Shown in pieces: positions 58,881 to 64,000 of a DNA stretch of 64,000 bases (position 1 is its first letter; each line of letters starts with the position of its first letter). The stretch is from an uncultured virus (IMG/VR IMGVR_UViG_3300021365_002389) (Duplodnaviria; Heunggongvirae; Uroviricota; Caudoviricetes): IMG/VR virus record IMGVR_UViG_3300021365_002389, positions 1 to 64,000 of that record; one strand, 5' to 3'. The notes under the pieces are model-generated. The model was given only the letters and a program-made list of their open reading frames with translations, made no database searches and was not told the origin of the DNA. The position numbers and the translations under genes are program-made.

Positions 58881-59179
58881 TTCTCCGTATTCATAACCTT
58901 ATCGTCTATAAACAAATCATAGAAAGGTTTATCTAACCTTAATTCGTGATACTTTGCACCCCATTTTTCTAGCTGGCGTGTGGTAAGTTCAGTCCAATCA
59001 ATCCCTGTTGTTGCCCCTCTTGCAGTCCAGTAGATTACTGTATTACCTTCATCATACAGTCTGTTGGCCTTGTTGATATTTTCTGGTATTGGTGATGCTA
59101 AATTGTAATCACGAGCCCTACCGGGGGAACCTTCAGGATGAAGACAGATTGTTTCGTCTATGTCTATGTAAATAACCAT
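58871..59179 (-). CDS. Small cap-less HAD phosphatase (capsule-biosynthesis type)
   Basis: YIDIDETIC, YWTARG, KPFYDLFIDDK. Confidence 0.8.
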   Translation of the reverse strand: MVIYIDIDETICLHPEGSPGRARDYNLASPIPENINKANRLYDEGNTVIYWTARGATTGIDWTELTTRQLEKWGAKYHELRLDKPFYDLFIDDKVMNTENWT

Positions 59180-59182
59180 GGT

Positions 59183-60100
59183 TCATGTTTTCATTATTTT
59201 GTCAAGTATTTTTGGTAAACGCTGTTTTGATTCGTGTTCTTTTTTAAATCTATTGAATCCATTTTCAGCCATCCGTCGTCGTACATTTTCATTCTTTAGA
59301 AGGTATTTGCACTTTTCATACAGTTCAAGCGAGTTCTTAAAAGTAACGACCTCTTCATCAAGTTTATAATATTCCTCTAAACTTGGCGTTTCTTCTGTGC
59401 AAAGTAATGCTCTTCCGGCTGGAACTTCAAAGAGCCTCGCCTTGATCTGCCTTCTTGGAGGTGTAAGTGTCATGTTCTTTGAGAAGTTTAAACTTATCTT
59501 AGACCTGGCAAAAAGCTCGCACATATCCTCGTGCGAGATTCCATACTTATATTCCACAGGCATCTCTTGTCTTTTAAGAGCATTAGTAAAACTCTCTCTT
59601 TCGATATTTGGAATACCACAAAAAGATATATCGATGTCTTTTTCAATTACTTTGGGGTAAAAATCAAGATTAGTATGCCACATTGCGTGTATAATGTTGT
59701 TATAATCTATTTCTTTAAATTTTTCAATGTAATTTTTTTCCACGGTAGAACATACATGAAACACATTACAAACCTTAGAAGAAAAAGAATCAAATCTCCA
59801 AGTGTCATCACAGAACCAATTAAAAGTTTTACACCTTCCTTTATCTTTTTCTTTAACTAAGTCTTCCCATGGCTCATATGGAGTAAGAGATTTGTCTCCT
59901 GTCATACAGCAATAAATCAACTCAGGTTTAAAACTCTCAACTACCTCTGATAATGATTTTTCCGGTTCAGATGCAGTATCGTAGAAGTAAACTTGGTGTC
60001 CCAACTGCAACAAGGAATAATATGTGTTCCAAAATCCAATATCTATTTTGTGAATATTACCTCTTTTTAGTGTCTTGTTCCACACCATCACAATCTTCAT
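59183..60100 (-). CDS. CgeB-like GT-B glycosyltransferase
   Basis: WFCDD, DISFCG, SKISLNF...IKARLFEVPA...LLCTE. Confidence 0.75.
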   Translation of the reverse strand: MKIVMVWNKTLKRGNIHKIDIGFWNTYYSLLQLGHQVYFYDTASEPEKSLSEVVESFKPELIYCCMTGDKSLTPYEPWEDLVKEKDKGRCKTFNWFCDDTWRFDSFSSKVCNVFHVCSTVEKNYIEKFKEIDYNNIIHAMWHTNLDFYPKVIEKDIDISFCGIPNIERESFTNALKRQEMPVEYKYGISHEDMCELFARSKISLNFSKNMTLTPPRRQIKARLFEVPAGRALLCTEETPSLEEYYKLDEEVVTFKNSLELYEKCKYLLKNENVRRRMAENGFNRFKKEHESKQRLPKILDKIMKT

Positions 60101-60945
60101 TTAATAGTCTCCAATATATATTTTGGTATGCTCTCTCTTTTTTGCCTCATAAGGTCGATTAACTCTTTACCTTTCAAAGAAAACCACTCTTCGGAAGTAG
60201 CACCCAAAACACCATTTGTTATAGCTTTCATGTTCATCATTCGTGCCTCAACCACTACTCTACACAGAGTCTCCATTGTCTCGGGGAAGAATAAAAAAGT
60301 TTCATTTTGTCCCAATTTTTCCAGGAATTCGCTATAAGGCAATGAACCAACCAATTCATATGGTACATTTTTTACCTTACAGTATGCGACAGCCTTCGCA
60401 GTGTTTTTAATTGGGTTTGTAGAGTCCCATATAGAAATTTTGTTTTGCTTGCTTTTGCTAGATATGTTCTCCAATAAATTCAAAGAACTTAAATCCCATA
60501 TATTTCCGGACAAATTATGTATCGTTTTTAGTTTTAAGTTTTTTTCAACCGTTTCAGCGTGAAGTTTACTTTGGCAAAATATAGCAGTTGCTTTTTTATA
60601 AAAGGCTAGGTTTGCAAGTTCGTTTTTTGGGGCCAAGTAGTTCTCATACCCGGATGGATCTCTTTTGACTAAATATTTGTGATCATGCTCATAGATTGAA
60701 AATTTTGTTTTTCCTTGGACTATATGCTGATAAACGTTATTGTCAAGGTTAAGAAAATTTCCAAATATATAGTGACAATCCTTAGTTTGGTTGAGAATAT
60801 CAACGGTCAATAAATGTGAATTAATTGGAGTAACATCTACTCCCATATTACGAACCACCGAAATAAACTCATCATTGTTTAATTCGCCGCCGCCGTTGAC
60901 TTGTTCAGAAAACCAATCGGCAACAAAAATGATTTTTTTAATCAT
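60097..60945 (-). CDS. GT-B fold glycosyltransferase-like protein
   Basis: GGGELN, EHDHKY, IKNT, ETLCRVVVEARMMN (ExxxxxxxE-type motif). Confidence 0.6.
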   Translation of the reverse strand: MIKKIIFVADWFSEQVNGGGELNNDEFISVVRNMGVDVTPINSHLLTVDILNQTKDCHYIFGNFLNLDNNVYQHIVQGKTKFSIYEHDHKYLVKRDPSGYENYLAPKNELANLAFYKKATAIFCQSKLHAETVEKNLKLKTIHNLSGNIWDLSSLNLLENISSKSKQNKISIWDSTNPIKNTAKAVAYCKVKNVPYELVGSLPYSEFLEKLGQNETFLFFPETMETLCRVVVEARMMNMKAITNGVLGATSEEWFSLKGKELIDLMRQKRESIPKYILETIK

Positions 60946-62209
60946 GAGTTTCTAAATTACCCTCAATTTGCGATAACCAATCAGTAACCTCAAATACCTC
61001 AGGTGGATAAACCTTGTTAATCACATCGATATATTTTTCGTGTATTTTTTCTTCTGACATTTCATCATGAAGATATTCTTTCAATTCACTTGCCATAGCT
61101 CTCTTACTGGAGTAAGCATCATAAACATTTCTTAGTGCTTTTTTAAATGACTTTTGATCACTGAAAGCCCATTTAGAATCTTCAACAATAACATTTTCCC
61201 AAACTGCATTTTGTTGAACTTTTTCTAATTCATATTTAACTTTAGTAAATAAAGGTTTCTTATCTGGTTTGCCGTTTTTTTTCTTAAACTTTTTATATAA
61301 AAAATCTACATGACCAGACCATGCCGGTGCCACTACAGGAAGTCCACTATAAGCTGCTTCAAAAATTGGAAGACCGAAACCCTCACCATGAGTCGTAGTC
61401 ACATAACATTTAATTTTGTCGTGATTGTATAGGTGATGAATCTGCTCCTCATTTAAATTTCCGTGCAAAAGATAAACTTTACACTTTTTATCCTTTAGTT
61501 TTTGAATCCAGTGTTTCATACTAGTTTGAAGATTATGTCTATCTGCAATACTATTGTTTTGCATATTTGCTTTTACAACAAGACCGACATTCTCGTCTTT
61601 GAATTCCTCCGCAAACCATCTCACAGTTGCGTCAAGGCATTTTCTTGGTCCTGATTGAGCCACAGTCAAAAAATTAAAATCAGTTTTGAGTTCTAAGCCC
61701 ATATCCTCACAGTCTTTATTCTTAACAGGGTACCCAATGACATCAATTTCTTCAGGCTCTAATTTTAGATCCATCATTTGCCCATTAGCTACTGGTACCT
61801 TGTCCTTATACACTGAGTTTAGAAAAACATTTTTAGCATGATTAGAGACAACTATAACATGATCAATGTCTTTGCAAAATTGTACCCACGTTTCGGATGC
61901 TAAATCTGTTTCTATACCAGCAGTGACACCGATGTTTTTCTCGGCTATATTTGTCCACTCATTTGGTATCATAACCTGCAAAGATAAATTAAAAACACCT
62001 CTAAACTGCTGCCTTTTGTTAATACACGCAAATATTTCTTTATTCTCTTCAGAAACAGTATGAGACCATGGAGTTTTGCCCCAGATAGTTGGTTCAATAT
62101 AAATATCATATAAGTCTGGCCTGCTTTGCAATGCCCGAAAAACACTTCTAGCGTGTTCGCCATATCCGCTTCTGCTAAGGATTGGTCCTTTTAATAATAC
62201 AGTTCTCAT
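60938..62209 (-). CDS. GT4-family glycosyltransferase
   Basis: SRSGYGEH, RKCLD, THGEGFGLPIFEAAYSGLPVVA. Start revised to ATG 62209 (ATGA overlap). Confidence 0.85.
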   Translation of the reverse strand: MRTVLLKGPILSRSGYGEHARSVFRALQSRPDLYDIYIEPTIWGKTPWSHTVSEENKEIFACINKRQQFRGVFNLSLQVMIPNEWTNIAEKNIGVTAGIETDLASETWVQFCKDIDHVIVVSNHAKNVFLNSVYKDKVPVANGQMMDLKLEPEEIDVIGYPVKNKDCEDMGLELKTDFNFLTVAQSGPRKCLDATVRWFAEEFKDENVGLVVKANMQNNSIADRHNLQTSMKHWIQKLKDKKCKVYLLHGNLNEEQIHHLYNHDKIKCYVTTTHGEGFGLPIFEAAYSGLPVVAPAWSGHVDFLYKKFKKKNGKPDKKPLFTKVKYELEKVQQNAVWENVIVEDSKWAFSDQKSFKKALRNVYDAYSSKRAMASELKEYLHDEMSEEKIHEKYIDVINKVYPPEVFEVTDWLSQIEGNLETHD

Positions 62210-63483
62210 ATTTCCAGTAGCTCCCACTTTTTATGATTTTTTCTTGTTTCCCATGAGCCGTATTTTTCGTGAATGTGATTCATGATTTCAACCCATGTCT
62301 TTTGATAGTCTTCAAAATTATAGTTTTTCAATACATGATTTCTTCCGGCTTCGCCCATCTTATCTCTCTGTTCTTTGGGCATTGTGTACATTTTATACAT
62401 CGCATCAACAACGTCATCCTCGTTTAATCGATCCTCCCTGATGAAGGGAACGGTCAAAGATCCAATTATGGCTTTTGAGGCTGGCTCAATACCTATTCCA
62501 AACCAGTTTTCGCCATCAGTCACCTGTTCTTGAAGTCCGCCAGTCATGTTAACAATTATAGGTGTCTCGCACGCTAAAGATTCCAAAGTACCTAAACCAA
62601 AACCTTCGGCATCTGCTATATTAATTGTACAGTCCACCAAATTATACATAACTGCAAGTTGTTCTGGCGGAATTTTCTGCTTACTAAAAATAACTTGTCC
62701 GTTATTTAAACCCAGTTGTGCTGCTAAATATTCTAGAGGCTGCCCGTTTGGATCGTTAACCTCTGTATGCATCATAAGCACAGCTTTGTCGTGACCCACT
62801 TTATCTAAAAACTTCTTAAACCAAAACATTAATGTTCCGCTCTGTTTTCTTCTAGCGTTACGATTATTCCAGAAAAACTTAAACTTACCTTGTAAAGCAG
62901 GGTTATCAGAAATAGTATTTTTTAGTGCTTTTTTCCCTTCAGGGTCTTTATTTAGATTATAAAAACAATCTGTATTCACTGAATGTGGTACATATCTTTC
63001 TTCTACATCTGATGTAACTTCACGAACTACATTAGAAGTTACTTTTGATATGGTAGCAATAAAATCATTAGAATCATACCATGGCTTATTAAAAACAGGT
63101 GCTGGATAATTGTCCCACACATGATAATAAACCATAGGAACATTTTCTCTTATCTCATCTTCCATATTCCATAGCCACTCATAAAAGCGTGGATCAGTCA
63201 TAAAATACAAAATATCAGGCTTGAATTGTTGAAGAACTGATCTGATTTGAGAATCATTGCCATAGCCATCTACAGGCACAACAATCCAATCATCTCCCCA
63301 CTCCTCTGTTTTTGTTGGTGTATAATCGGGGTGTTGTATTGCCCCACCAAGAGATATAACTTGGTATTTTCCCGTTTTGAGTAATCCCTCGATGATGTAC
63401 TTCGTTTGAGTTCCTACCCCTGACGGTAACATCGGGTGATCACTAAGTGTTAAAACTTTTATTTTTCTTTCGGACATGGCCAT
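62206..63483 (-). CDS. GT4-family glycosyltransferase
   Basis: SDHPMLPSGVG, NRNARRK, AEGFGLGTLESLACETPIIVNMTGGL. Confidence 0.85.
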   Translation of the reverse strand: MAMSERKIKVLTLSDHPMLPSGVGTQTKYIIEGLLKTGKYQVISLGGAIQHPDYTPTKTEEWGDDWIVVPVDGYGNDSQIRSVLQQFKPDILYFMTDPRFYEWLWNMEDEIRENVPMVYYHVWDNYPAPVFNKPWYDSNDFIATISKVTSNVVREVTSDVEERYVPHSVNTDCFYNLNKDPEGKKALKNTISDNPALQGKFKFFWNNRNARRKQSGTLMFWFKKFLDKVGHDKAVLMMHTEVNDPNGQPLEYLAAQLGLNNGQVIFSKQKIPPEQLAVMYNLVDCTINIADAEGFGLGTLESLACETPIIVNMTGGLQEQVTDGENWFGIGIEPASKAIIGSLTVPFIREDRLNEDDVVDAMYKMYTMPKEQRDKMGEAGRNHVLKNYNFEDYQKTWVEIMNHIHEKYGSWETRKNHKKWELLEI

Positions 63484-63489
63484 TAACTC

Positions 63490-64000
63490 CTATGAACAAT
63501 ATTCCGTCTGGTAAAACTCGCAAGTGCCGAATCGGTCTTTACAACTTGTACATGCAGTACGGTTTTTGATATAATTTTCTTTATTGATATTATGCAATGC
63601 TTTTGTTAAAGCGTTAAGGGCATCTGTTGTTCTTTTTTTAGCTGCCGTCACTCTAACAAATTCAGCCTTCTTGCCAGGCTTGGCTGTGCGCTTCAACAAT
63701 ACGAAGTGGCAATCCACATCTGCGGGATCCACTTCATACTTGCGAGCATAAAAATGTTTGTAAAAAACAAGCTGATATGCCATGATTTTGTCGTTCTTCT
63801 TTTCACGACGCCAACCCCATGAACAAGTTTTCCAATCAATCAGATGGATCTTCTCATCTTTTTTGGAGTAAACCACAAGGTCAATGAATCCTTTGAACTT
63901 TTTTTCTGCTTCCGTGAATTCTGTAATGGGTACATACAATTGTTCTTCGGCTTTAAGAACTTCCCAGTCCTCACCTAACTTACCGAACTTATCCACTAAA
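63490..64000 (-). CDS. PD-(D/E)XK (RecB/Cas4-like) nuclease, 5' part outside the window
   Basis: AEEQL...FKGFIDLV...LIDWKT...YQLVFY and a C-terminal Cys cluster (CTSC...CEF...C). Confidence 0.8.
   Translation of the reverse strand, partial: LVDKFGKLGEDWEVLKAEEQLYVPITEFTEAEKKFKGFIDLVVYSKKDEKIHLIDWKTCSWGWRREKKNDKIMAYQLVFYKHFYARKYEVDPADVDCHFVLLKRTAKPGKKAEFVRVTAAKKRTTDALNALTKALHNINKENYIKNRTACTSCKDRFGTCEFYQTEYCS

Noticed and set aside
377..62794. Numerous + strand ORFs and short nested - strand ORFs in the track (e.g. 377..880, 2033..2575, 14811..15233, 31330..31671)
   Set aside because: All overlap longer, motif-bearing - strand genes that tile the window almost without gaps, and they show no recognisable motifs; treated as shadow ORFs.
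42982..63483. Host bacterial LPS/O-antigen locus (prophage boundary or chimeric assembly)
   Set aside because: The cluster is translationally coupled into the phage sigma and baseplate genes, is flanked by a phage-type nuclease, and lacks flippase, polymerase and export genes.
1..64000. Stop-codon reassignment (alternative genetic code, as in some large phages)
   Set aside because: Genes up to 10.6 kb are intact under the standard code, and TAA, TAG and TGA all end genes at tight junctions with the next start.
63490..64000. Cas4-like nuclease as a sign of a CRISPR-Cas locus
   Set aside because: No repeat-spacer array or other cas genes in the window; stand-alone PD-(D/E)XK nucleases are common in phages.
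1..64000. tRNA or other structured RNA genes
   Set aside because: Intergenic gaps are mostly under 65 nt (largest about 109 nt), and no cloverleaf or T-loop signature was seen.

Overview
Gene-dense segment of a large T4-like contractile-tailed (myovirus/jumbo-type) bacteriophage genome, with every credible gene on the - strand and the standard genetic code. In transcription order (high to low coordinate) it contains: (1) a partial PD-(D/E)XK nuclease; (2) a ~20.5 kb glycan biosynthesis and transfer cluster (42982-63483) with several glycosyltransferases, a split transketolase, RfbH-like 3-dehydratase, RmlB-like dehydratase, GT10 fucosyltransferase-like, StrG-like dioxygenase, miniature DegT aminotransferase, B12-radical SAM, NUDIX, MAF/DUF115, NeuA, NeuB-cupin fusion, sugar C-methyltransferase, Fcl and Gmd; (3) a gp55-like late sigma factor and small proteins; (4) a ~34 kb baseplate/tail module with a lysozyme hub, HxH spike, gp25-like and gp6-like proteins, a 3543-aa LamG/wedge protein and paralogous pairs; (5) RuvC, a 5'(3')-nucleotidase and a primase; (6) an array of unrelated proteins (GNAT, HExxH protease-like, Cys-rich, ParB-like, basic proteins) that share an N-terminal leader resembling a capsid-targeting/prohead-protease signal. 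The two most notable inferred systems are a candidate virion O-glycosylation system (the glycan cluster plus dense [S/T]-[G/A/S]-[S/T] tripeptides in a subset of tail proteins) and a capsid-packaged, leader-tagged effector/polyprotein array. A recurring TAnTTA motif upstream of late genes is a candidate late promoter. All calls come from motif recognition by eye; no searches were run. No tRNA, rRNA, CRISPR array or mobile element was seen.
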